Assembly (NCBI GenBank): GCA_016926735.1
Contig: JAFGOA010000066.1
Coordinates: 1-64,000, forward strand
Origin: Promethearchaeota archaeon
GTDB lineage: Archaea > Asgardarchaeota > Lokiarchaeia > Sigyniarchaeales > SOKP01
DNA: 64,000 nucleotides
Direction: 5' to 3'
The notes beneath the pieces are model-generated. The model saw nothing but the letters and a program-made list of their open reading frames with translations, was not told the DNA's origin and made no database searches. The first letter of the stretch is position 1. Each line of letters starts with the position of its first letter. A program made the translations under genes and the position numbers. This document shows positions 29,063-40,374 of the stretch, in pieces.

Positions 29063-29399
29063 CTAAATATAGGACTCCATAAAAAAATAATCTCTACTTA
29101 TAAGATCTAAACGATTTATTAAAATTTTTGGTTTTAAACCCTTTTAAAATTATTTTTGAAAAAAAAAAAACCTTTATAATTTCTTATAATCATCCACTAT
29201 AAGTATAGTTAAATGAATTGCCATACCTTAAAGCTAGTGATTTTGTAAATGAAGATAAATAAAAGATCCAATTCTTTAGAATTATATGAATTAATTGGTA
29301 TTATTTTTCTATTTTTTTATAACATTTTAATAAAATGTATAATTTCATGAACTAATACAATCTTTTTTTAGATTTTTATCTACAAATAAAAAAAATATT

Positions 29400-32300
29400 A
29401 TGAGATTGAAAAATATAAAAACAGGAATTTTTATTTTTCTTATACTTTTAGCTGCAACTTTTTTTAGTTCATATTTAATTAATAGTATTTATTTCAAGGA
29501 TAAGAATAATGAACTTCCTGTTGAAATAAATTTAAAATCTTCAACAACTTTGGGTAGGACAATTGGAGGTTTAGATATCAATAGAATTGGCTATGGGATT
29601 ACATATTCAAATAATATTGTATATATTGCAGGAACTTCAGGAATATTTTATATCGATGTTTCAGATGCGACTGATCCATATCTAATTGGTGAGTTTACAA
29701 CAGAAGTAAGTTGTGAGGATGTTTTTGTTATTGGAGATCTTGTATATGTGGCTGATGGACGAGATATTGCAATAGTTGATTTTAGTGATATTAATAATCC
29801 AATAGAAATAGGAAGAACATATTGTCCTTCAGACGCTTTTGATATTATAGTCCATGGGAATTATGCCTATTGTGGATCTTCACGAGCTTTTACTATTTTT
29901 GATATCTCTGATCCATACAACCCTATTCTTCTCGGTCAAATGAGCCTAGATTCACGTCTTTATGAGATGAAAATACAAGATAATATTGCTTATATCGCAG
30001 GATCCTTTGGATTATATTGTATAGATATTTCTGATCCTCGAAATCCAGCAATCATGGGAAGTATAGACGTAAGTTCAGACGCCCTTGATATAATTGATAA
30101 TATTGCGTTTATAGGACAGTATGGTGCGCTTATATATATTGATATAAGCGATCCTTATAATCCAAATATAATTGGTAGTATTAATACGGCAGGAAAACCT
30201 TTAAATATAAAAATTCAAGAAAATATTTTGTATATGGCAGGATTTTATGATGGAATTGCATACTATGATATAACTGAAAGAACAAATCCTAGATTATTAG
30301 GATATATTGAATTGCAAGATATGGAAAATGGATATTATGTATATGAATTATCTATGAGTGATGATATTTGTTACGTTGGTGTAGGTAATTATGGACTTCA
30401 ATGTGTAGATATTACAAATACTCAACTAGCTATGGGAGTTAGCATTGGAATTACACCATATCACGAAGAAGATTTCATTATTCAGGATAATATTGCTTAC
30501 ATTGTCGGGAATAGCCTTACATTATTGGATATTAGTGTTCCCCTAAATCCAGTACGAATAGCTGAACTTTATCTTCCATCAAATGCATATAATATTGTTT
30601 TAAATGGAAATATTGCAATTTTAGCATGTCACGATAAAGGAATACAATGTGTAGATGTAAGTGATCTTTTTAACCCTATATTGATAGGAAATTGCAATGT
30701 TTCTGGAAATGCTAAAAATATCAAAGTTCAAAATAATATTGCTTATATTGCATGTCGTGATATGGGCATAAGTATTGTTGATATTACAGATCCCTTCAAT
30801 CCCTGCTTACTAACAGAATATTATACACAAAGAACGGCACTTTTTGTTGAAATTCTTGATAACACACTCATTATTGGTGATGATTTAGGTTTATTATTTG
30901 TCGATATAACCAATCCTTTAGAACCAGTTACAATTGGTACGTATGATGATTTAGGATATACAGATTATTTTACTATTCAAGATAACTATGTCTATATAAG
31001 TGCATCTTCAAGATATACTATCTTAGATATGCAAGATCCAACCAATCCTGTTTTTATTGGGAGCTATAGTACAGGTTTTACAGGTGCATCTATAAAAATA
31101 TATAATAATGATATATATACTGCTGAATTCTCAGAAGGGGTTGTTCATTTAGATTTCAGTGATCCTTATAATCCTTCTTTTGAAAGAAGATATGATTCAT
31201 TTGGAGAAGCAAGGCAAATAGAAAGAAAAGAAAACTATCTTTACATACTAATTGAAATAGGATTACAAGTTATTGATTTAAATTATCCTATTCTTCCAGG
31301 AAAAACTTATCTTAAAAATATAGAATATAATAGTCAAACAGGGGACGTTCATTTGCAATGGACTGAAGCTTTAAATACAGAAATTTATGCAATATATCGT
31401 GATACTTCTCAAATAATAGAGATTAATGATGATATACAATTAGTTTCAACAACAAATAATCTAGAATATATTGATAATATAAAAGAGGATGGAACCTTTT
31501 ACTATGCTATTACAACAACAAATAATGATGGTGTTGTTTTATCAAATTGTCGTGAAATTAATACTATTTTCTTAGGTTTAGTTTCTCCGAAATTAGCACC
31601 AATAGTTCCATTTCCCTCTACAGATGGAAAAGTATGCTTAACTTGGAATCATGTTCCTAGAGCAGAAGAATATCTTGTATATAGATCCACATCACCAATT
31701 ACTCAAATAGATGATGGGGTGATACTTCTTGCAACTCAAACAGAAACAATGTTTATTGATATGATAACTACAGATGGTATGTATTATTATGCTATAATTG
31801 CTCAAAATGCAATGGATACCTCTTCAATATCAAATTGTGAAGTTATAGACGTATTAATTACCCCTCCTGAAGAAAATACACCAATTGAACATCCAAATAT
31901 TCCCTTTATTGATATTATTTTAGAACCCTTATTGCAATATGATATAGGAATGGATATATGTGTTGACGATCTGGGAAATCTTTATGTAGTAGGAATGGTA
32001 ACTGATTTAAATACAGGAGAATCGGATGTATATCTGTTTAAATTTAATATTATGGGAGAAATAGTCTTCGAATGTACATGGAGTTCAGGTCCAAATGAAT
32101 ATGCAACCGGAATTGCCCTTGATTCAAAAGGAAATATCTATGTTACGGGAACAACAGATAGTGGTTCTGGAAATAATAATATCTTTCTCCTAAAATATAA
32201 CCCAAATGGTGAATTAATATGGGATCTAATATGGGGATCAGAGAATAATGAAGAAGGAAATGATGTAGTAATAAATTCTAAAGATGATATATTTGTCACA

Positions 32301-33203
32301 GGAATAACAAATAGTTTTGATTTGACTTCTACAGAAATTTGTTTAATTAAGATTAATCCATCAGGTAATGTTGATTGGTATAAAACTTGGGGAACTAATA
32401 ATGATGATATAGGAAATGCTTTAGTGATTGATAATTTAGATAATATCTATATTACAGGAACAGCAAATAATGATGTATGTGTATTGAAATATAATTCAGA
32501 AGGAATTTTGATTTGGAGCATGGTATGGGGAGGTGAAAACATTGATTCAGGACAAAGTATTGCTATGAAAAGTTCATCAGATTACATTTATATAACAGGA
32601 TCTACACAAAGTTATGGAAGTGGAACATCAGATATATTCCTTCTTAAATTAGGTATAGACGGACATTTCTATTGGGCAGTAACATATGGTGATGAAGGAT
32701 GGGAAGGGGGTAAAGACCTTACAATTGATTTATTTGGAAATATTTATATTATTGGAAATATTGGAGAACCTCCTTCACATACGGGAATTGTGATCCTAAA
32801 ATTTAGACCATCAGGTACTTTAGTCTGGAATTATATTATAGAGCAAGAGACTCAAACAAATATTGTAGCATCTACTCTCTCTTTTGCTTCAGAAATTAAT
32901 TCAGATAATCTAATGGCTCAGAGTATTTGTATTGATAATTTTGGAGCTGTATTTATAACAGGAAGTTCAGATTCTTCAGATAACCTAATGTTAAATAAAA
33001 TCGAATATTCAGATGGAGACCCAAAAATGGGTGATGTAAATGGAGATGATACTGTTAACATTATTGATGCATTATTAGTTGCGCAATATTATGTTGGATT
33101 AGAACCTTCTGAGTTAATACATATAGAACTTGCTGATGTTAATAACGATGGAATTGTTGATATCGTTGATGCTTGGCAAATTGCGAAAAATTTTGTGTCT
33201 TAA
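29400..33203 (+). CDS. Large surface protein: signal/TM, LVIVD repeats, two FN3-like modules, SBBP-like beta-propeller, dockerin
   Basis: Repeated (Y/C)xDISDPxNP units; LQW/LTW..Y.IYR..YYYAI; GNIYVTG..FLLKY repeats; GDVNGDDTVNIID/ADVNNDGIVDIVD. Confidence 0.82.
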   Translation: MRLKNIKTGIFIFLILLAATFFSSYLINSIYFKDKNNELPVEINLKSSTTLGRTIGGLDINRIGYGITYSNNIVYIAGTSGIFYIDVSDATDPYLIGEFTTEVSCEDVFVIGDLVYVADGRDIAIVDFSDINNPIEIGRTYCPSDAFDIIVHGNYAYCGSSRAFTIFDISDPYNPILLGQMSLDSRLYEMKIQDNIAYIAGSFGLYCIDISDPRNPAIMGSIDVSSDALDIIDNIAFIGQYGALIYIDISDPYNPNIIGSINTAGKPLNIKIQENILYMAGFYDGIAYYDITERTNPRLLGYIELQDMENGYYVYELSMSDDICYVGVGNYGLQCVDITNTQLAMGVSIGITPYHEEDFIIQDNIAYIVGNSLTLLDISVPLNPVRIAELYLPSNAYNIVLNGNIAILACHDKGIQCVDVSDLFNPILIGNCNVSGNAKNIKVQNNIAYIACRDMGISIVDITDPFNPCLLTEYYTQRTALFVEILDNTLIIGDDLGLLFVDITNPLEPVTIGTYDDLGYTDYFTIQDNYVYISASSRYTILDMQDPTNPVFIGSYSTGFTGASIKIYNNDIYTAEFSEGVVHLDFSDPYNPSFERRYDSFGEARQIERKENYLYILIEIGLQVIDLNYPILPGKTYLKNIEYNSQTGDVHLQWTEALNTEIYAIYRDTSQIIEINDDIQLVSTTNNLEYIDNIKEDGTFYYAITTTNNDGVVLSNCREINTIFLGLVSPKLAPIVPFPSTDGKVCLTWNHVPRAEEYLVYRSTSPITQIDDGVILLATQTETMFIDMITTDGMYYYAIIAQNAMDTSSISNCEVIDVLITPPEENTPIEHPNIPFIDIILEPLLQYDIGMDICVDDLGNLYVVGMVTDLNTGESDVYLFKFNIMGEIVFECTWSSGPNEYATGIALDSKGNIYVTGTTDSGSGNNNIFLLKYNPNGELIWDLIWGSENNEEGNDVVINSKDDIFVTGITNSFDLTSTEICLIKINPSGNVDWYKTWGTNNDDIGNALVIDNLDNIYITGTANNDVCVLKYNSEGILIWSMVWGGENIDSGQSIAMKSSSDYIYITGSTQSYGSGTSDIFLLKLGIDGHFYWAVTYGDEGWEGGKDLTIDLFGNIYIIGNIGEPPSHTGIVILKFRPSGTLVWNYIIEQETQTNIVASTLSFASEINSDNLMAQSICIDNFGAVFITGSSDSSDNLMLNKIEYSDGDPKMGDVNGDDTVNIIDALLVAQYYVGLEPSELIHIELADVNNDGIVDIVDAWQIAKNFVS

Positions 33204-33256
33204 TTTCTTTTTTTTTACTTTATTTTTTAAAATTTCTAAATCTCAAGATAAAGAAT

Positions 33257-33829
33257 CTATAGTTTACCTTTACTGGAAGGAATTTCATCAGATACTATTC
33301 TTTTTGCCTGAGAGATCGCTTTTGCTAATGCTTTAAAAGCCGCTTCTACTTTATGATGTTGATCTTCTCCATATAAAACATGAAGATGTAGATTTATTTT
33401 AGCATTTTCAGCAAATGAATTAAGAAAATGTAAGATATCTTCAACAGCCATATCCTCTATATTACATTCTGTTAATTTTAGGTCTAAAATCAATGCTTTA
33501 CGACCAGAAAAATCAATAACACAACGAGCTAAAGATTCATCCATTGGAATGAACGCTGAACCATAACGATTGATTCCTTTTTTATCACCTATTGCAATAG
33601 AAATAGCTTGACCAAGTGAAATTCCGACATCTTCAACAATGTGATGTATTAAATCACCTTTAGCTTTAATATCTAAATCAATCCCAGAATGTTTTGATAA
33701 TAGTATAAGCATATGATCCAAGAATTTTACTCCTGTATCAATATTATTTTTACCTAAACCATCTAAGTTTAATTTAATAGAGATATTTGTTTCAGAAGTA
33801 TTCCTTTTTATTTCAGCGTTCCTATCCAA
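33257..33829 (-). CDS. hisB: Imidazoleglycerol-phosphate dehydratase
   Basis: RNTSET, FLDHM, HHIVED, PMDESL, HHKVEAAFKA, PSSKG. Confidence 0.95.
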   Translation of the reverse strand: MDRNAEIKRNTSETNISIKLNLDGLGKNNIDTGVKFLDHMLILLSKHSGIDLDIKAKGDLIHHIVEDVGISLGQAISIAIGDKKGINRYGSAFIPMDESLARCVIDFSGRKALILDLKLTECNIEDMAVEDILHFLNSFAENAKINLHLHVLYGEDQHHKVEAAFKALAKAISQAKRIVSDEIPSSKGKL

Positions 33830-33882
33830 TTTTAATTCACTTTTTTTAGTATAAATAAATCTAGATAAAGCTTTATTTTAAT

Positions 33883-35784
33883 TTAATTAAAAAAGTTTTC
33901 AATGTATTCTTGATGCTTTTTTTCTATTAGGTAAAGATCATAGATATCAAAATCTATTTCTTTCTGGATCCTTTGATTTTCTTCATTCGTAATATTATTT
34001 TTTAATTGTAACAATTTTTGGATATTATTTCTAATTCTATTAGCTTTCTCTTTTTCAATTTGACTTTCAGGTATTTTAATTGGAAGTTGTCTTATTTTTT
34101 CAATCAAAATACGTGGAAATAACCTTTTGTAAGAACCAAATAATTTTGTATAATAAAATGACAATAAATGAGAGTTTATCAATCCTAGTAGGTAATAATT
34201 ACTTAAATTACTAGATTCTGATTGCTTAATTTTCAAGTTATAGAAACTTTGGGAACATAAACATATTTTTTCAATATATGTAGCGCATAATAACCTGCCT
34301 TGACCAATTTGTCTGATTATAATTCTATCAATATAATTGTTAAAATTTTTGTACTGGATTCCTTCTTTTTTTATATTGATATATTTATATTTTTTAATAT
34401 AATATCGATTAATAGAATAGATATACGGAAGATAATCATTTATATTCTTTTCAGGGGGATCATCAATAATTATTTTTTCAACTTGAGAATTTTTTATAGG
34501 TTGATCACAAAATCTACAATTCTTTTCTTTTTTTGGAAGTGGAAAAAATTTATTACAATGATCACATTTAAAAATAAACCCTTTTTTGGAAAGTTCTACT
34601 CCTCGTTTAATTTTAATAGAAATGCTATCATCATTATTAAGATCTTCTAATTTAGGAAAATTATGATTTAGATGTTCTATTATGTTTATTTCTTCCTTAT
34701 TTAGATCTATTATAAATCGATTATCCCATTCTTTAAGTGATGACTGCTTTATTTTTTTTATATTTTCTGATTTTTCAGAATTAATTTTTACTAATATCTC
34801 ATTATTATTTCTCAAATCTTTATTTTCTATTTTTTGAAGGATAATAATAATATTTGAAACTACAGAATTGACAAATGACGGTCCTATATAGTATAATTCT
34901 TTTATACATGACGTATTTATTATAAACTCTCTTATAATTGATTTATTTGAAAGAACTAATAAAGAATCAGGAATAATATATCCTAATTTACCTTTTTTTT
35001 TAAGAATATTTAATCCTAATTCAATAAATATTTGGTAATAATCATATTGTCCACGATTGGTCTTAAAATTCAATATGTTAATTAAATTTCGTTGATCTAT
35101 AGGAATATCTCTTATAAATAGATAAGGAGGATTTCCTACTACATAATCATATATATTCTTCTGAAAATGTTCAAATGAATTTTTATTTTCAATATTAAAA
35201 AGAGTTATAGGATAATCTGAATCATTTTTAATAATTCTGTTATAAAATTTAAATAAAGCTAATTGTAAAGTAATTTGACATAATATACAAGCAATTGGAT
35301 TGATATCAATACCATAAATTGACTTTTTTATTTTATTAATAATTTTTTTTAATAGTTCACTACTAGAATTTTGTATATTTATAATGTTATATTTTATACA
35401 ATATTTTTTTAGAAGTCTATTTAAGGCTTCAAGTAAAAAACTTCCAGCACCACAGGAAATATCAACAATCTTTTTTTTCTCTATTTTATTTTTACTTTTA
35501 TATCCAATCGAATTCAGAATATATTTTACTATTCGTTTATGAGTATATATCTCTCCTGTTAGTTTTCTACTACTATAAGAAATCATATCCTCATAAATAG
35601 GTCCAAGATAATGTAAATTATTAATTTCATCATTAGAGTAAGCAATTTTATATTTTTGAATTAAAAGATTGATTCTTCCTAGAATTTTATTTTTTTGATC
35701 TTTTCCATGCAGGTTATTAATATAATAATTGATGATATCGGATGAAATTTTATTGATAAATTGAGAATAATTAATATAAATCAC
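33883..35784 (-). CDS. Adenine DNA methyltransferase (TaqI/Eco57I-like, gamma class) with target recognition domain
   Basis: GEIYT, DISCGAGSF, GIDIN, VVGNPPY, LGLINS; CDHC..CRFC insert. Confidence 0.82.
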   Translation of the reverse strand: MIYINYSQFINKISSDIINYYINNLHGKDQKNKILGRINLLIQKYKIAYSNDEINNLHYLGPIYEDMISYSSRKLTGEIYTHKRIVKYILNSIGYKSKNKIEKKKIVDISCGAGSFLLEALNRLLKKYCIKYNIINIQNSSSELLKKIINKIKKSIYGIDINPIACILCQITLQLALFKFYNRIIKNDSDYPITLFNIENKNSFEHFQKNIYDYVVGNPPYLFIRDIPIDQRNLINILNFKTNRGQYDYYQIFIELGLNILKKKGKLGYIIPDSLLVLSNKSIIREFIINTSCIKELYYIGPSFVNSVVSNIIIILQKIENKDLRNNNEILVKINSEKSENIKKIKQSSLKEWDNRFIIDLNKEEINIIEHLNHNFPKLEDLNNDDSISIKIKRGVELSKKGFIFKCDHCNKFFPLPKKEKNCRFCDQPIKNSQVEKIIIDDPPEKNINDYLPYIYSINRYYIKKYKYINIKKEGIQYKNFNNYIDRIIIRQIGQGRLLCATYIEKICLCSQSFYNLKIKQSESSNLSNYYLLGLINSHLLSFYYTKLFGSYKRLFPRILIEKIRQLPIKIPESQIEKEKANRIRNNIQKLLQLKNNITNEENQRIQKEIDFDIYDLYLIEKKHQEYIENFFN

Positions 35785-35949
35785 TTTAGAATATATAAAA
35801 AACCATTCTTTTCTATAATTTTTTAAAATACTTTATTTTTAAAAGTAAAATCATAGATTTTAATTTTTATTAAAAAATAATATTTTTATAGTATAAAGAT
35901 ATATAGAATGTGAATAAGAGATGCAATAATATCCTGAATGAAATAACCT

Positions 35950-37059
35950 ATGATCGAAGCTATAATTCTAATCTCAATTTCAATATTCCTTTCAATATTA
36001 GGAATGGTGAAATTATCTGCTAATAAAGAAAAGAATGTAATGGAAGGTTTGAATTTTAATTTATTATATCTTTATTTTCTTAATGACATAATTTATTTTA
36101 TCCTTTTTAATTTATCATTTGAAACCTGTTTTTCTGCGAGTATTATAATAATAATTTATAAAGTATCTATATCGATAAGAACTATTAAATTAATATTATT
36201 AGGTTCAATTCATAGTTATATTTTAATCCAAACAAAATTAAGATATTTACCAGCATTTATTTATTGTTTTTTAGGGGGATTAATTGGAGTACAATTATTC
36301 AATTTGAATGTTTTTGATATAATCATAAGAGAAGGTCATTTCTTTTTTATTTTAAAAGATAATTTATTATTTTCTTTTATACTAACCTTTAACATTTTAA
36401 TGATAGGAATAATGATGTTAACTCAAATTATTTGTAGTTCCAATATTACATTTAAGAAAATTAGAAAGCTCTTTATTTTATGTACAATGCATTACATTTT
36501 AAACAAAATAATATATTTAATTTATTTTATCTATCCAACTTTCGCTCTAAGATATTTATATTCGGCTTTTTTTCTTAGTTTTCTTATATTAATTAATTAT
36601 TTAAATATTAGTAGTATAGAATTTTTTATTGTAATTACAAATAAAATATATGATTTTTCTATATTTCATAGATCTGGAGTGCTACTATTCTCTTATAGTT
36701 TTGAAAAGGGAGAAGAAGTTGAAGATTCAATGTTAAAAGGATCAATACTTATTGGTATTAATCATATTTTGGCGAATTTTATAAATAAAAAAGATAAATT
36801 AGAATTAATAAAAATGAAAGATAGAGACATAACTTTTGAGTTTAATTCCCAATTAGGTTATGGATTATTACTATTATCTAAATTCAATAATAAAATCATA
36901 TCAAAAACAGTAAGATCATTTATGAATAGATTTGCAACAGAATTTCAAGATTTATTGAATAAAATAAACAATGAAAAAAAGATTATTGACACTTCTGAAT
37001 TTATCAATACTAAAGCTATTATGAAAGAATATTTTTGGTCTTTTCTTCAAAAAGAATAG
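35950..37059 (+). CDS. Multi-TM (about 7) protein with C-terminal longin-like domain
   Basis: Hydrophobic N-terminal about 230 aa, then IFHRSGVLLFSYSF..GINHIL..F...F longin-like pattern. Confidence 0.7.
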   Translation: MIEAIILISISIFLSILGMVKLSANKEKNVMEGLNFNLLYLYFLNDIIYFILFNLSFETCFSASIIIIIYKVSISIRTIKLILLGSIHSYILIQTKLRYLPAFIYCFLGGLIGVQLFNLNVFDIIIREGHFFFILKDNLLFSFILTFNILMIGIMMLTQIICSSNITFKKIRKLFILCTMHYILNKIIYLIYFIYPTFALRYLYSAFFLSFLILINYLNISSIEFFIVITNKIYDFSIFHRSGVLLFSYSFEKGEEVEDSMLKGSILIGINHILANFINKKDKLELIKMKDRDITFEFNSQLGYGLLLLSKFNNKIISKTVRSFMNRFATEFQDLLNKINNEKKIIDTSEFINTKAIMKEYFWSFLQKE

Positions 37060-37124
37060 AGATTATGTTTTTTTTTATAATCAAAGCTTTATTAAATATG
37101 AACACTAATTGATTATTTAATATA

Positions 37125-38243
37125 ATGAATGAAGTATTTTCGAATTCCTTAAGTATCGGTTTATTATTATCTATAGGATTTAGTATCATTGTTATTTTTT
37201 ATTTAATTCTGAAAAAAAAAAAATATGGGACACCCTTTATCTCAATATTATTAATCTCTATAGTATTTATCATTGGTATTCTTTATCAAATTATTATATA
37301 CTTTTCTTTAAATTCTCATTTATCTGAAATAACAAATAAAATTTTATTTAAATTTGTAATAGTTATTGAAAGTTCTATAGCACTATTAAGTGTGATAGTA
37401 TATAGTTTTCTTAAACAATATGGAAAACTACCAATATTTTCCTTGTTGTTCCTCATATTCATATTCAGTTTAATAATTGGAACTTTAATATCAGAGGATT
37501 CTATTAATATGTATATTATAATTGATTCTTCTATACATTATTCTTTTAATTTAACAATTAAGATTACAAGTCTCTTATTTAACATTTTTATAATAATATT
37601 TATAATTCGAACTATAATAGATATTAAATCGATTATAGAATCACGAAGTTTCATTCTTGTATTTTATATATATACATTTATTCTATTTGCTTCTCTGGGT
37701 TTTTTTTTATTTTATATTATTATAGAATTAATTGAAATTAGATTTTTATCTGTTGTATTTTGGTGGATTTTTGTAGTCCTAAATGGAATTATCATTATTT
37801 CAAAACCAGAATTATTTTTAAAATTTTCTAATAAAATATTTATCATTCATATATACCATAAAACAGGAGTTTTGCTATATTCATATCAATTTGAAAAATC
37901 ATCTGAAAATATTGGAGAATCTCAAATATGGGGAAATATCCTTATAGGACTTAATCATATTCTTTCTGAATTTACAAACAAAACTGATCAAATTGATATT
38001 CTTCAGACAAAAAATGCAGATATCTATGTTAATTACAGTAATAAATATGGATTTGCTATTCTAGTATTAGTAAATCATAAAAATTCTTATATAGAACATT
38101 CTGTTAAAATATTAACCAAAGATTTTAAAGAATATTACAAAGAAGAATTATTAGAATTAAGAGATATAAATAAAATCATAAATGTTTCAGAATTTAAAGA
38201 AGCAAAAAGAATAATAGAAAAAAATTTTAGCCTATATCTTTAA
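37125..38243 (+). CDS. Multi-TM (about 7) protein with C-terminal longin-like domain (tandem paralog)
   Basis: IYHKTGVLLYSYQF..GLNHIL..INVSEF mirrors the preceding gene. Confidence 0.7.
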   Translation: MNEVFSNSLSIGLLLSIGFSIIVIFYLILKKKKYGTPFISILLISIVFIIGILYQIIIYFSLNSHLSEITNKILFKFVIVIESSIALLSVIVYSFLKQYGKLPIFSLLFLIFIFSLIIGTLISEDSINMYIIIDSSIHYSFNLTIKITSLLFNIFIIIFIIRTIIDIKSIIESRSFILVFYIYTFILFASLGFFLFYIIIELIEIRFLSVVFWWIFVVLNGIIIISKPELFLKFSNKIFIIHIYHKTGVLLYSYQFEKSSENIGESQIWGNILIGLNHILSEFTNKTDQIDILQTKNADIYVNYSNKYGFAILVLVNHKNSYIEHSVKILTKDFKEYYKEELLELRDINKIINVSEFKEAKRIIEKNFSLYL

Positions 38244-38252
38244 AGAGGATTT

Positions 38253-39851
38253 TTACCAATTTTTCTTATTTTTAAGGAGTTTATAAATATATGAATCAAC
38301 CAAGGCTTCCCAAGATGCTACAATAATATTTTCATGGGCACCAATTGTTCCCCAACTTGTTTCTTTATCATGTGTTTCAGCTAAAACTCTAACTTTTGAT
38401 TCCGTCCCCTCTTGATTTATTATTCTTACTTTAAAATCAGATAAATCTATTTCTTTTATACTAGGATAAAAATATACTAAGGCTTTTTTAAGTGCATTAT
38501 CTAAAGAATTAACAGGACCATTACCCATAGCAGCTGTGTGAAAATCCTGTCCTTCAACTTTTACTTTTATTGTTGCTTCAGAAATGAGATTATCTTCGTA
38601 CATTTCTGTAAAGACTCTAAATCCTTCCAATTTAAAAAATTTTTTTCTGTAATAATTTGGGTCTTGAATGTTCATATCCATACTTCTCATTAAAATTTCT
38701 AAAGTTCCTTCAGCACCTTCAAAGGAATATCCTTGGTTTTCTTTTTGTTTTATTATATCCAAAATCGCTGTCAATTTTGGACTATCTTCTTTAAAATTTA
38801 AATTAAATTTATTTGCCATATGCATTATTGAACTTTTTCCAGCTAATTCAGATACTTTTATATTCCGTGAATTACCAACAAGCTCGGGATTTATATGTTC
38901 ATATGTATTTAAATTTTTAAGTATTGCTGAAATATGAATCCCTCCTTTGTGTGAAAAAGCATTTTTTCCAATAAAGGGTTGATCTACATTACTTGGTAAA
39001 TTTGCCATTTCATAAATAAAATGAGAGATCTCAGTAAGATTTTTTAGATTTTCCTTTTTGATACTTTCAATACCTAATTTTAAATTGAATATAGGTATAA
39101 TTGTAGTCAGATCTGTATTTCCACATCTTTCACCAAATCCATTCATCGTACCTTGTATCATTTTAGCACCATTCTCCCATGCTTCAAGAGCTATAGCATT
39201 AGCCATACCACTATCGTTATGGGCATGAATCCCTAACTGAATATCGCTAAATCTTTGTTTAATCTCAGAAAAAATAGATTTAATCTCATAGGGTAATAAC
39301 CCTCCGTTTGTATCACATAATACAATCCATGAAGCACCAGCTTCTTTTGCAGCAGAAATTGTTTGTAGACAATATTCTTTATTACTTTTAAATCCATCAA
39401 AAAAATGCTCTGCATCAAATAACACATCAATGTTATTTTTTGTTAAAAATGATATAGTATCTTTAATCATTTTAAGATTTTCATCTAAAGTTGTCTCCAA
39501 AGCATCTGTTACATGTAAGTCCCAAGTTTTACCAACGATCGTGGCTTGTTCTGTTTTTGTTTCTAATAAAGCTTTGATACTTTTATCATTATCTACTTTT
39601 GTATTTTTTCTTCTTGTGTAACTAAAAGGATATATTTTTGTATTTGATAAATCTAATTCTTGTATTTTCTTAAATAATTCTATATCTTTTGGATTTGAAC
39701 CAGGCCATCCTGCTTCAATCATTGGAATTCCAAGATCTTCTATTATTCTTTCAATAATTCGAATTTTATCTTCTATTGAAAAAGCTATTCCTGTCTTTTG
39801 AGCCCCCTCTCTTAATGTTGCATCATATATTAAAACTTCATTATTTTTCAT
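38253..39851 (-). CDS. cimA: Citramalate synthase (LeuA/CimA family)
   Basis: YDATLREGAQ, EAGWPGSNPKD, DAEHFFDG, LCDTNGG, HAHND, GERCGN, HKGGIH, GNGPV. Confidence 0.9.
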   Translation of the reverse strand: MKNNEVLIYDATLREGAQKTGIAFSIEDKIRIIERIIEDLGIPMIEAGWPGSNPKDIELFKKIQELDLSNTKIYPFSYTRRKNTKVDNDKSIKALLETKTEQATIVGKTWDLHVTDALETTLDENLKMIKDTISFLTKNNIDVLFDAEHFFDGFKSNKEYCLQTISAAKEAGASWIVLCDTNGGLLPYEIKSIFSEIKQRFSDIQLGIHAHNDSGMANAIALEAWENGAKMIQGTMNGFGERCGNTDLTTIIPIFNLKLGIESIKKENLKNLTEISHFIYEMANLPSNVDQPFIGKNAFSHKGGIHISAILKNLNTYEHINPELVGNSRNIKVSELAGKSSIMHMANKFNLNFKEDSPKLTAILDIIKQKENQGYSFEGAEGTLEILMRSMDMNIQDPNYYRKKFFKLEGFRVFTEMYEDNLISEATIKVKVEGQDFHTAAMGNGPVNSLDNALKKALVYFYPSIKEIDLSDFKVRIINQEGTESKVRVLAETHDKETSWGTIGAHENIIVASWEALVDSYIYKLLKNKKNW

Positions 39852-40374
39852 GATTTATCATCAACTTCTTATGAGTTATTTCTATTTTTTATTAATCTCG
39901 AAATTTTAAACATAGAATAATTATTATGGGAAATTTTATTTTAAGAATAAGTTTAAAATTTCTTTTATGAATTTAAATAATTCCAATATTAATAATTCTA
40001 ACTTCCAATGGAATTATTATTATCTTCATAATTAATAAGAAATTAGAAAACATAATTTTTATTTTTTATTACAGTTAAACTAAAATTTAAACAAAGAAGA
40101 CTAAATAGATTTTAAATTTTCTTACGAGTATAATTAAGAATTTCTAAAAAGAAAAAGAACAGATGAAATAATATATAATATATAATAGCAAGAATTAACT
40201 GAATAATCCAAATAATATTTTTTATTTTATTTAAGTCATTTCATTAAAAAAATCATAATAGAGAAAAGTAATACTCAATATAAAGATTAAATTTTCTAAT
40301 ATTATTATTGGTTAATGAAAAATTAATAGACAGTAATATTTTTTAAGTCGTGTTAACTTGAAAAATATGAATAA

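Noticed and set aside
29249-29323. Short hydrophobic ORF (MKINKRSNSLELYELIGIIFLFFL) upstream of the propeller gene
   Set aside because: Too short and low-complexity to distinguish from chance in AT-rich sequence.
39852-40374. Long AT-rich intergenic region as a possible ncRNA or CRISPR array
   Set aside because: No repeat-spacer pattern, GC-rich stems or recognisable RNA motif; no CRISPR array, rRNA or transposase was seen anywhere in the window.
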